Shown here in pieces: positions 9,033-16,985 of a DNA stretch of 38,244 nucleotides. The notes beneath the pieces are model-generated. The model had not been told where the DNA came from, did not search any database, and was given only the letters and a program-made list of their open reading frames with translations. How positions within the stretch are numbered: the first letter of the stretch is position 1; every line of letters starts with the position of its first letter. The stretch is taken from the IMG/VR virus record IMGVR_UViG_3300012943_000046, positions 1-38,244 of that record. The stretch is one strand, 5' to 3'. The stretch comes from a virus. Taxonomy: Duplodnaviria; Caudoviricetes. The position numbers and the translations under genes were made by a program.

Positions 9033-9259
9033 TTGCCGTTCTCCGGTTTCGGCGGTTCCCGATCGATCAGGCCACGGAGCAGCAGCTGCTGGCGGCGCTG
9101 CTCGCGCAGGTGGAACAATGACCGCGATGCCGCCTCTCCCGCCTCGCCCCTGAAGTGGATCTCGGCGGCAACGAGGATGCTCTCGCGCTCCTTTTCCGTG
9201 GTGGAGGGAGCGTCGATGTGGCGGACTGCCACAGCGAGGGCGCGCTCAAGATCAGACAC
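9029..9259 (-). CDS. hypothetical early protein
   Basis: Coupled ORF directly after the Ner-like gene. Confidence 0.55.
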   Translation of the reverse strand: MSDLERALAVAVRHIDAPSTTEKERESILVAAEIHFRGEAGEAASRSLFHLREQRRQQLLLRGLIDREPPKPENGK

Positions 9260-9449
9260 CGAGCACCTCCCGGACGCGCTTGAGCACGCTCGCGTGCATC
9301 CCGTGGTTTACCGCGCGCGAAACGCTCTCCCGCGGACGTCCTGCTTTCTTCGCCAAGGACTTCATCGAGAGGCCGAGGGCGAGGCGTTTCTGATGTAGCA
9401 GAATCCGGTCTTGATATGCGGTGCGCATCTGTGGTTGAACTAACTTCAC
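9252..9449 (-). CDS. Ner/Cro-like HTH regulator (start 9449 GTG or 9428 ATG)
   Basis: LGLSMKSLAKKAGRPRESVSRAVN; first early gene, divergent from the repressor. Confidence 0.75.
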   Translation of the reverse strand: MKLVQPQMRTAYQDRILLHQKRLALGLSMKSLAKKAGRPRESVSRAVNHGMHASVLKRVREVLGV

Positions 9450-9491
9450 AGATGTGAACCGCAGTTCACTTCGTCAACTATCAAAGTGAAC
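9445..9491. promoter_or_regulatory. lysis/lysogeny switch region with TTCAC/GTGAA operator half-sites
   Basis: TTCACA-GA-TGTGAA (9445-9458), GTGAAC-N4-GTTCAC (9454-9469), GTTCACTT...AAGTGAAC (9464-9491); TTGACG on - strand at 9472-9477. Confidence 0.7.
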
Positions 9492-9505
9492 ATAGGGCCA
9501 AAAAA

Positions 9506-9970
9506 GTGACCACGACTCCGACCTGGGCGGAACGCCTCCGCACGCTGCGCTTCCGTCTGAAGCTCGATCAGGAGGAGATGGGCAAGGAGCTGGGCCTAAG
9601 CCGCGAATGGGTGTCCAAGCTCGAAACGGGCAAAGAGGAGCCGAGCGAGCGCGTGCAGTTGAAGATGGAGAAAATCGCCAACGCTCGCGGGATTCACATA
9701 GGCGAACCTACATTCACATCCCGCCTAAAATCAGGTGATAAACCGGATCCAACGATCCAAGAGGCTCCGGCTAGGTTCGGGGGAGTGGTGGCCTCCAGAA
9801 TCCCTGCGGAGCACCGCCGTCCTTCTACGCGCGCAGAGTGTGAGGCCTACTTTGCTGAGCTGTTGGATCGCGCGGCTGCAAGTAACAACCCCAACGCCTT
9901 CCCATCCATTCATCATCGGCTCCTGCAAGAGTTCGATTTGGACGAGTGGGATCAGAAAAAACCAAAATGA
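9506..9970 (+). CDS. prophage repressor, XRE-type HTH
   Basis: RLRTLRFRLKLDQEEMGKELGLSREWVSKLETG; divergent from the Ner-like gene; no S24 peptidase domain seen. Confidence 0.85.
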   Translation: MTTTPTWAERLRTLRFRLKLDQEEMGKELGLSREWVSKLETGKEEPSERVQLKMEKIANARGIHIGEPTFTSRLKSGDKPDPTIQEAPARFGGVVASRIPAEHRRPSTRAECEAYFAELLDRAAASNNPNAFPSIHHRLLQEFDLDEWDQKKPK

Positions 9971-10335
9971 AACCAGATCCCGCGCCCTCGAAAATCTATA
10001 AGGCCCCAGGCTACGTCATGGTCTTCTCGCTCCTCGGACTGCTCGGCGTCATCTTAGGCCTCATCGTTATTTTCGTTTCCGTCTCCCAGGAGGAATCGCC
10101 CTGGCTTGGTGCCTGCCTTCTGGTCGGAGGTTTCTTCAATTTCCTCTACGGCCAGATCGCCGACGCCGTGGCTCGCACCAACTGGCGCACCGAGCTGCTG
10201 GCGCATGAGCTGGCGCCGGTGATTGCGCACGTGCGCACCCAGGCCGCCGTGCGCGAGAAGGAGGACGCGGCTCGGCAGCGTGCTCAGGATGAGGAGATTA
10301 GCAGGGTGCTTTCGGCCCGCCCTGGCACGGTTTAG
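9967..10335 (+). CDS. two-TM membrane protein co-transcribed with the repressor (possible superinfection exclusion)
   Basis: ATG 9967 overlaps the repressor stop; two hydrophobic helices. Confidence 0.65.
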   Translation: MKPDPAPSKIYKAPGYVMVFSLLGLLGVILGLIVIFVSVSQEESPWLGACLLVGGFFNFLYGQIADAVARTNWRTELLAHELAPVIAHVRTQAAVREKEDAARQRAQDEEISRVLSARPGTV

Positions 10336-10378
10336 CGGAATAGCTCCTTCCCATTGTAACCCCCGGCCGGGCGCAATC

Positions 10379-10387
10379 TGGTACAAT
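10379..10387 (+). promoter_or_regulatory. extended -10 promoter TGnTACAAT, probably giving a leaderless mRNA
   Basis: TGGTACAAT ends 7 nt before ATG 10394; no SD sequence. Confidence 0.55.
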
Positions 10388-10393
10388 ATCCCC

Positions 10394-11296
10394 ATGCGCT
10401 TCCTGATCGCCAGCCTCCTCCTCCCGCTCTCGCTGCTCGCTGCCGAGCCGGCGCCGCGCGCGCCCAGGAAGCCGGTCGAGATCGAGGACATCACGCTCAG
10501 CGACGGCCGCAAATTGTCCGAGGTGGCAGTAGTGAGCCACACCGCGCACACCATCACGCTCCGCCACGACGGGACCGTGGAGAAAATTTCCAAGGATCTG
10601 CTGCCCGATTTCATTCTTCGGCGCTGGCCGGTGGATCCTGTTCTCGCCGCCCAGGAGGAAAAGGCGATCGCCCAGGCTGAGGCCAAAGCGGCGCGCGAGG
10701 CCGCGGCGAAGATCAAGCGCGCTGAATTCCGGCGCAAGGTCGCGGCGGACGAAGCTGCGTGGCAGGCCAAGCTCGCCGAACAGCGCCGCCGTGATAATCC
10801 TCAGAGCGTTGTGGCGAAAGCCGACCCCGCCGAAATCGCGCGCCTGCAGAGCGAGGCTCGCGCGCAGGAACTCGCTCGCAGCCGCGACGGCGTGCAGCTG
10901 CGCGGCTTCGGCTACTGGCCGGCCCGCAACGCGGTGACCCTCACAGTCGCCAACGTCGCCGACAACTACCGCAGCCTGGACTGGCGGCAGCTGCGCGCGA
11001 TCGCCACCGATGGCCGCGTGCTCGAGCCGCTCGATGTGATCTTCGAGGTAAGCGAGTCCGCCAGCTACGACGTGGCGCATGGCAAGGCGCGCTCATTCAC
11101 GGTCGTATTTCCTGCCGCTTCGATCGCCGCCCTGTCCTGGAGCGATCGCGCCGACCTCGGCTGGATCGATTACCAGGGAAAGTCGGTGACGACGGATGTC
11201 GCGATCGCGGCGACCAGAGAGCGGAACATCGCCGCGCGCCGCGCCAACAAATCCGGCAATCTGCAGGCGGTCACGGGGCAGGTCGTGCAGAAATAG
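10394..11296 (+). CDS. secreted accessory (moron) protein
   Basis: Signal peptide MRFLIASLLLPLSLLAA, ITLSDGRKL...ITLRHDG...LLP domain, coiled coil, C-terminal beta domain. Confidence 0.75.
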   Translation: MRFLIASLLLPLSLLAAEPAPRAPRKPVEIEDITLSDGRKLSEVAVVSHTAHTITLRHDGTVEKISKDLLPDFILRRWPVDPVLAAQEEKAIAQAEAKAAREAAAKIKRAEFRRKVAADEAAWQAKLAEQRRRDNPQSVVAKADPAEIARLQSEARAQELARSRDGVQLRGFGYWPARNAVTLTVANVADNYRSLDWRQLRAIATDGRVLEPLDVIFEVSESASYDVAHGKARSFTVVFPAASIAALSWSDRADLGWIDYQGKSVTTDVAIAATRERNIAARRANKSGNLQAVTGQVVQK

Positions 11297-11368
11297 TGTA
11301 ATGGAGCGCACGGATCTCATGGGGCGGTAGGCCGCCGCGGTGCGTTCCGGTAAGGTCGGCGGCAACAA

Positions 11369-11815
11369 ATGCCGCTCGCCCTGCAGCACTCAAGAACGAA
11401 CGTCACCAAGACCATCGCGATTTACTTCGCGGGGTCGATTGCGCCGTGCCGGGAAGGTGACCGCGTGGCGCTGCACATCAGCACGCCCGAAGGCGAAGTC
11501 CTGGTGCAGATTTCCGAGCGCGCCTTCCACGAAGGGTGCCGCGGTCCGGCCGACTCGAATCTCGTGCCGTGGCGCGATCTCGATCAGCGTCGGCGTGAGT
11601 ACGAATCGACGCCGGCGTTGGTCGCGGTCGCGCCGCGGCGCACGGGCGGCCGCAAGCTCGCTCCGGAAAGGCTGAAGGCGTACCAGGAGATCAGGGCGAT
11701 CGCCGAAGCCCCGCACGACCACGGCGCAATCTCGGCGGCCTGCGCCGCGCGCGGCGTCACGCACGCCAACTACGCCAGCTGGCGGAGAACCCAAGCCATG
11801 AGGACCGCACCATGA
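11369..11815 (+). CDS. hypothetical protein with C-terminal HTH-like motif (candidate late regulator)
   Basis: ISAACAARGVTHANYASWRR; first gene of the rightward coupled block. Confidence 0.5.
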   Translation: MPLALQHSRTNVTKTIAIYFAGSIAPCREGDRVALHISTPEGEVLVQISERAFHEGCRGPADSNLVPWRDLDQRRREYESTPALVAVAPRRTGGRKLAPERLKAYQEIRAIAEAPHDHGAISAACAARGVTHANYASWRRTQAMRTAP

Positions 11816-12447
11816 GGCAGGTCTTCATTTTGGTGAATGGCATCCTGACCCTCCCCGGCGACAGCCAAGGCTGGACGGATCGCGGCGTCACTTGGATCAA
11901 CTCCCGCACCGAGGCGAAGGCGGAAAAATTTGAATACGCCTGCGGCGCCATCTCGCGCCGTCTGCGTCAGCAGCAGCGCGTCCGCGCGATCAGCCGCATG
12001 TGCGACTTCTACCGGCGCGCCGGTTATGAGATCTCGCTCGTCGGCCACAGCAACGGCTGCGACCTCATTGCGCGGGTCATCGCGCTCAACGGCCACCACT
12101 ACCGGAGCGTCCATCTCTTCGCGGCCGCCACCGACTGGCCGGCGTTTGCCCTGGCGCTAAGCCATGGCCGGATCGGTCAGCTCAATCTCTACGTGTCCGC
12201 CGGCGATCGCGCGCTGCGCTTCGCACGCTGGTCCCGGAGATTCCTCGGCTGGGCCGGGCTCGGCTACGGCTCCCTCGGCCTCGGCTATTGGAGCGGATTT
12301 TGCGCGACGCCCGCCACGCCTGGTCTGCGCGTCGTGCGGCGCGACACCTTCGGCCACTCCACCTGGTTCGAGCGCGGCTTTCATTTCGAGACCACGATGC
12401 GCCTCATCTTCGAGTCGGAATATCACCTCCAGATCCACCACCCATGA
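11812..12447 (+). CDS. alpha/beta-hydrolase fold protein
   Basis: LVNGI, nucleophile elbow LVGHSNG, HLFAAA, GDRAL, GHSTWF (Ser-Asp-His triad). Confidence 0.8.
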   Translation: MRQVFILVNGILTLPGDSQGWTDRGVTWINSRTEAKAEKFEYACGAISRRLRQQQRVRAISRMCDFYRRAGYEISLVGHSNGCDLIARVIALNGHHYRSVHLFAAATDWPAFALALSHGRIGQLNLYVSAGDRALRFARWSRRFLGWAGLGYGSLGLGYWSGFCATPATPGLRVVRRDTFGHSTWFERGFHFETTMRLIFESEYHLQIHHP

Positions 12448-12863
12448 AAATGAAATCCCTCCTCCTCGGCCTCCTGGCCGCCGTTGCCTCGCTCGCGTTC
12501 ACCGCCTGCGGCAGCCACGATCTCGATCCTGCCGGCGCCTACCAGGGCGACACGTTTCTTTATCAGGCCGATCTCACCATCACGACGAGCTACAGCCTGC
12601 TCAATGGATTCGTGAGTTGGGAATACCAGAACCGCGCTCTCCTGGCCGGCACTCCGCAGGTGACGAAGGCCGCCGACAATATCCGCGCCCAGGCAAAGCA
12701 GTGGTTCGCCTCCGCGCATGCGCTGCGCGCCGCCTACGCCGTCAATCCCACGCCGGAGAACAAGGCCAACCTGACGAAGATCCTCGGCATCATCCAGGCC
12801 GTGCTGCTGGAGGCATCGACGTACATGGCCGCACCTCCGCCCGCTCCCGCTCCCGCCCAGTAA
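12444..12863 (+). CDS. lipoprotein
   Basis: Start at ATG 12444; MKMKSLLLGLLAAVASLAFTA-C lipobox; Pro-rich tail. Confidence 0.8.
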   Translation: MKMKSLLLGLLAAVASLAFTACGSHDLDPAGAYQGDTFLYQADLTITTSYSLLNGFVSWEYQNRALLAGTPQVTKAADNIRAQAKQWFASAHALRAAYAVNPTPENKANLTKILGIIQAVLLEASTYMAAPPPAPAPAQ

Positions 12864-12896
12864 CCCAGAACCCAGATCCCAGAACCCAAACCCAAT
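12864..12896 (+). repeat. imperfect heptamer tandem repeat CCCAGA(A/T)
   Basis: CCCAGAA CCCAGAT CCCAGAA CCCAAA CCCAAT. Confidence 0.7.
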
Positions 12897-12903
12897 CTCC
12901 ACC

Positions 12904-13104
12904 ATGGATCCGCTCACAGCCATCGCCGCGCTCAACGCCAGCATCACCCTCACGCAGACGCTCCTTCCGGTCATCGCCCAGATGAAGAACGACGGCCAGA
13001 TCACCGCCGAGCAACAGGCGGAGCTGCTCGCCAAATACAATTCCCTCCGCGCCCAGGCCGACGGCCAGTTCTCCGGTCCGCAGTGGCAGGTCTCCGGGAA
13101 GTAA
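12904..13104 (+). CDS. small amphipathic protein
   Basis: MDPLTAIAALNASITLTQTLLPVIAQM...GQITAEQQAEL. Confidence 0.7.
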   Translation: MDPLTAIAALNASITLTQTLLPVIAQMKNDGQITAEQQAELLAKYNSLRAQADGQFSGPQWQVSGK

Positions 13105-13128
13105 ACGCCCCCCTCAGCACACCCGACC

Positions 13129-13509
13129 ATGCTTCTCCTCGCCCAGGCGGCTCCCGATTCTATCAAGTCGTGGCTGGAAGCCTTTTTCTGGCTGATTGCC
13201 GGCTTGGGCGGCGTGCTCGGTTGCCTCGTCGCGCTGAAGAACCTGCGCGCCAAAGATCCCACGACACCGCAGCCCCTCGTCGTGCAGGAGCATGCCGTCG
13301 TCGTCACGCAGGCGCAGCTCGATCAGGTCCACGGCCGCATCAAGCGCGAGCGGATGGAGATGGATGAGAAGATCGCGGAGCTGAAGGCAGAGGACAAAAT
13401 TCTCCGCGAGAAACTCGATAACGAGATCGAGAACCTGCAGGACCGCGTCGATGCGGTCCCTGGCCGCGTCATCGAAATGCTCCGCATCACCAAGGGACTG
13501 ATCTCATGA
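13129..13509 (+). CDS. single-TM plus coiled-coil protein (Mu-like late gene; holin-like candidate)
   Basis: FFWLIAGLGGVLGCLVAL followed by a coiled coil; usual position before the small terminase. Confidence 0.65.
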   Translation: MLLLAQAAPDSIKSWLEAFFWLIAGLGGVLGCLVALKNLRAKDPTTPQPLVVQEHAVVVTQAQLDQVHGRIKRERMEMDEKIAELKAEDKILREKLDNEIENLQDRVDAVPGRVIEMLRITKGLIS

Positions 13510-13754
13510 GCAAGCTGCATATCGACATCCTGCTCCGCCTGCGCAACGCCGGCCGCTTCGGCCAGACCATTGAGGATCTGCTCACGGAGCTGCGCCTGGG
13601 CAACCACCGCGACGTGACCGAGCCGCAGGCCGAGACCGCGCTGCGCGCGCTCGCCGATCGCAGCCTCGTGGATCCGTTCACTTCGGTGCTGCAGCAGAAG
13701 CGCTGGAAGATTCTCGCCCTGGGCGAGTCTGCACTGCGGGAGGCAGGGCTGTGA
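13506..13754 (+). CDS. Mu gp26-like winged-helix protein
   Basis: ILLRL...AETALRALADRSLV...WKILALG; synteny. Confidence 0.6.
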   Translation: MSKLHIDILLRLRNAGRFGQTIEDLLTELRLGNHRDVTEPQAETALRALADRSLVDPFTSVLQQKRWKILALGESALREAGL

Positions 13755-14224
13755 ACTTTGTGCCCTACAATTTCCTCGGCGCTCAGCCGGTCGGGCTCCT
13801 CGGCCTCCTGCTGCTGGTGATTTTCGAGCCCGGCATCGTCTCATCGGGCCTTAAATTTTCCGCCGGCAAGGGCGGAGCCTCGGGTCTGTCCGCGCACTTT
13901 GCCGGCGCGGCCGGTGCAGCCCTGGATTCAGGGAACAAGAAGCCTGAGGGAAATTCCGGTGTGCTCATGCGCTCCGGTTTTGGGGTAACGAAAACGAAAG
14001 CCGGCGCGCGTGTGGGTATGCGCGCCGGCACTCCATTCCGCCCCAGCGATGGTGCGAGAGGTGACCTCCCCGGTGCCGGCTTGACTGGCCCGTTGTGCCG
14101 GCGCCGGGGAAACCCCGCCACGAACTTCCCCCTAAATGGATTGAACCGGCGGCCCGTAGTGCCGGCAACGTGTGCAGCGATGGCCGTGAGCGCTGCACAG
14201 CACCAGGAGCGTCGCAGTGCATGA
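13751..14224 (+). other. hairpin-dense segment overlapped by a low-complexity 157-aa ORF
   Basis: Five inverted repeats between 13861 and 14199; ORF joined to both neighbours by GTGA/ATGA overlaps. Confidence 0.5.
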
Positions 14225-14745
14225 AGGAAAAAAAGCAACGCGGCGACGCCGTGCTGAAGACGATGGGCGATGGGCTGCAGGAGCAGTTCTATCAGCAGTT
14301 GCGCGCCACGTCGCAAAAGAAGGCGCTCGCCTGGCTCTTGGAGGTGCACGGCATCCAGTCGTCGCCCTCTGCTGCTACCTTATTCTGGGAATGGTATCCG
14401 CGCCAGTGGGTGCTGCGCCGTGCCGTGCGCACGTCGGACAATCTGGAATCTACGCTCAAGAAGATGCCGGAGCTGAAGGTCACGGCCGATCAAGCGCGGT
14501 CGGTGGCGCAGGTGAGCTTCGAGATCCAGGCCGCGGAGGATCGGGATCCGGTGCTCTTCGCCTCGCTCCGCAAGGGCGAGCTGGAAAAGGAACGCCTTCG
14601 CCTGGAGCGCGAGAAGTTCGAGCACGCGAAGAAGGAGGACTGGGAGAAGGGCCTCGACGCGCTGTACGACGCCGTGAAGGACTGCCCGCCGGCGTTGGAT
14701 CACTTCGAGGCGATGAAGTCGGCGCTCAAGGAGGCGCGAGGCTGA
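14221..14745 (+). CDS. terminase small subunit (Mu gp27/DUF3486-like)
   Basis: Start at ATG 14221; RGDAVLK...ALAWL...GIQSSPSA HTH and C-terminal coiled coil; precedes the large subunit. Confidence 0.7.
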   Translation: MKEKKQRGDAVLKTMGDGLQEQFYQQLRATSQKKALAWLLEVHGIQSSPSAATLFWEWYPRQWVLRRAVRTSDNLESTLKKMPELKVTADQARSVAQVSFEIQAAEDRDPVLFASLRKGELEKERLRLEREKFEHAKKEDWEKGLDALYDAVKDCPPALDHFEAMKSALKEARG

Positions 14746-16805
14746 TGGTCGCTCCTGGCAAACGCTCCGCCGTCGATCGGTTCGACGAGAAGATCCACGC
14801 CGACAAGCGCACGGTGAAGGGTCCCGACGTGAAAACGTTCCAGGAGTTCCTGGAGAAGTGCGCCCGCGTTCCGGTGGCCAAGGGCGAATATGGCCCGTAC
14901 ACCTTCACCGGTCGCGAGGCGCTGATCGAGGTGGTGAAAACGATCGACCTGATCATCGGCAGCGAGACGGGCAAGCCGCTCAAGGATGCGAAGCTCTCGC
15001 TCGCCGGCGGCGCCCAGTTCGGCAAGTCGATCCTCGAACTCAATTTTGCGGCGTGGTACACCGGCGTGCGCTTTGGCCGCTGGGGGTTTTATCTGCCCGA
15101 CGGCGACCTGGTCGAGGGCATGATCGATACGAAGTTCCGGCCGGACATCCTCGACCAGCAGGAATGGTTCGCGGACATGACGAAAGTCGGCCGGGCGGTG
15201 AACAAGTCCGGTAAGTCGGTCAACCGCAAGGGCGCCTTCCAGGTGACCGACGGCGTGCGCAACGGCCAGGGCATGATCATCGGCCTGAACAAGAAGGTGC
15301 CGACCTCCTTCACCTTCGACGTTACGACTCTCGATGAGGTCGACGACATCGACCCGAGGAAAAAGAAGTTCGTCCGCGGCCGCATGACGTCCAGCGACCA
15401 GCGGTTCATGATGGAGGTTGGCACCCAGCGCGTCGCCGGCCGCGGCATGAACAAGTCCTGGAAGGATGGCAGCCAGGGCGTACTGATCAACGGGTGCAGC
15501 TGCGGCACCTCGCTGAATCTTGAGGAGACTTTCCCGCACTGCATCCGGGTCGCGATGGACGGCACGCCGAGGCGCAGTGATCCAATCCTGCAGCGGACGG
15601 CGGATTTCCGCCGGGACCTGAACGGTGAAGTCCTGGCGGTGCACTCCCCGGAACATCACTACTACACCGCCTGCCCGAAATGCGGCGAGCAGCTCGGTCG
15701 CGGAGTCGGCGAGGTGGAGTGGAACCACCGCCGGCCGGAGCAGGTAGCCCTGCGCAACTGGTCATTCCGCATTTCCCAGCTGAGCATCGCCGCGATCGAC
15801 CTCTCGCAGATCGTCGCGCATTGGGGTCGGGCAGTCGCCGATCCCGAGGACATGGTTTCCTTCCTCTGCGACGTTCTCGGCCTGCCCGAGAGTACCGACC
15901 AGAAAATTTCGCCGGCGATCCTCGATCGGGCCCGCGGGGTTGAGGTGTACGACCTGGGGATGCAGGCGACGGGCGCCCGCAGCTTTGGCGGCGTCGATAC
16001 CGGCCGCCGCTGCTTCTTCTTCGCCCGCGACGTTCAGTCTGCCGAAGCAAAACGGCTTCGGCACCTGGAGCAGATCGCCGTCGGCAACCTGGTCAGCCGC
16101 ACCGTGGATTTGTATTCCCTCTATGGGTTGGAGTGCCTCTGCATCGACATCGCGCCCGAGACTGATGCCGCGCGCACGATCGCGCTCAAGCTGAACGGTC
16201 TCGAGAGCGTCGAGAAATGGCCCGTCGTTCCGGAAGGTGAGGGCCATATCAGCTTCCCCGGTGGTCTCCGCTGGAATGGTAACCGCAAGCGCTGGGAGGG
16301 CTGCCACTGCTTCGTGGTCGAGTTCACCAAGCGGAACATCGGTGCGGGGATCAGCCATGGCTTCGACCAATTCGAGAAAGGCGGACACCAGATGTTCGTT
16401 CCCAAGATCAGCTGCAACCGGTTCGAGTCCATCGACCGGGCGGTCCGGGAATTTCTGACCCCCGGCGAGAACGTTTCGGAGGTCATTCAGGTCGCCGGCG
16501 GCAAGAACCGTATCCGGATGCAGCCGGCCATGCGGTTGCCCCGCCAGGGGGCCGGTTCCCCGAAGGTTTTGGAGACCCTCGACAATCACCTCCTGGTCGG
16601 CTCCGAGCGCGCCGAGGCCGCCAACGGGGAGCCGGGCGACTACGTCGACAAGGTCGAGAACCACTTCCTCCTGGCCGACGCCTACAGCGCCTTGGCCGAG
16701 ATCGAGGGCGGCGGGAACAAGGCAGCCCCGGTCCAGACCGCCCGCATCGGCCGCTCCGACGAGTCCGGCCGGGACCGTCGCACCGCCAAATTTGCCGGAA
16801 TCTGA
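14745..16805 (+). CDS. terminase large subunit, lambda GpA-like
   Basis: Start at ATG 14745; GGAQFGKS, LDEVD, CSCG...CPKCGE, FRISQL, GGVDTG, ENHFLLAD. Confidence 0.85.
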   Translation: MVAPGKRSAVDRFDEKIHADKRTVKGPDVKTFQEFLEKCARVPVAKGEYGPYTFTGREALIEVVKTIDLIIGSETGKPLKDAKLSLAGGAQFGKSILELNFAAWYTGVRFGRWGFYLPDGDLVEGMIDTKFRPDILDQQEWFADMTKVGRAVNKSGKSVNRKGAFQVTDGVRNGQGMIIGLNKKVPTSFTFDVTTLDEVDDIDPRKKKFVRGRMTSSDQRFMMEVGTQRVAGRGMNKSWKDGSQGVLINGCSCGTSLNLEETFPHCIRVAMDGTPRRSDPILQRTADFRRDLNGEVLAVHSPEHHYYTACPKCGEQLGRGVGEVEWNHRRPEQVALRNWSFRISQLSIAAIDLSQIVAHWGRAVADPEDMVSFLCDVLGLPESTDQKISPAILDRARGVEVYDLGMQATGARSFGGVDTGRRCFFFARDVQSAEAKRLRHLEQIAVGNLVSRTVDLYSLYGLECLCIDIAPETDAARTIALKLNGLESVEKWPVVPEGEGHISFPGGLRWNGNRKRWEGCHCFVVEFTKRNIGAGISHGFDQFEKGGHQMFVPKISCNRFESIDRAVREFLTPGENVSEVIQVAGGKNRIRMQPAMRLPRQGAGSPKVLETLDNHLLVGSERAEAANGEPGDYVDKVENHFLLADAYSALAEIEGGGNKAAPVQTARIGRSDESGRDRRTAKFAGI

Positions 16806-16882
16806 CCCCATGCCCACCACCCATTTCTTTTGCATTAGCGCGTTTCTGGCCCCCTTGATTCGCGGGGCAGGCCCGGAATCGC

Positions 16883-16922
16883 TCCTGAGAGGTTTGCAAC
16901 GGCGTTGCAACGGGGTCCTGAG
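16883..16922. promoter_or_regulatory. phased repeat/palindrome in the terminase-portal intergenic region
   Basis: TTGCAACG-G-CGTTGCAA (16894-16910); TTGCAACGG twice at 11-bp spacing; TCCTGAG twice at 33-bp spacing. Confidence 0.5.
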
Positions 16923-16985
16923 GCGCCCGAAACCATCGTTTTCGACCTTCGGCGGCGCCCCCGCCGGGGAAGGGAGGGTGCGCTG

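Noticed and set aside
13751-14224. tRNA gene or CRISPR array in the hairpin region
   Set aside because: No T-loop GTTCRA/cloverleaf and no identical regularly spaced repeats
14217-14744. N-terminal extension of the 862-aa terminase ORF, and similar extensions on ORFs starting 10223, 12288, 22648, 24969, 32894 and 34876
   Set aside because: They overlap the upstream real gene in another frame; downstream starts with stop/start coupling fit better
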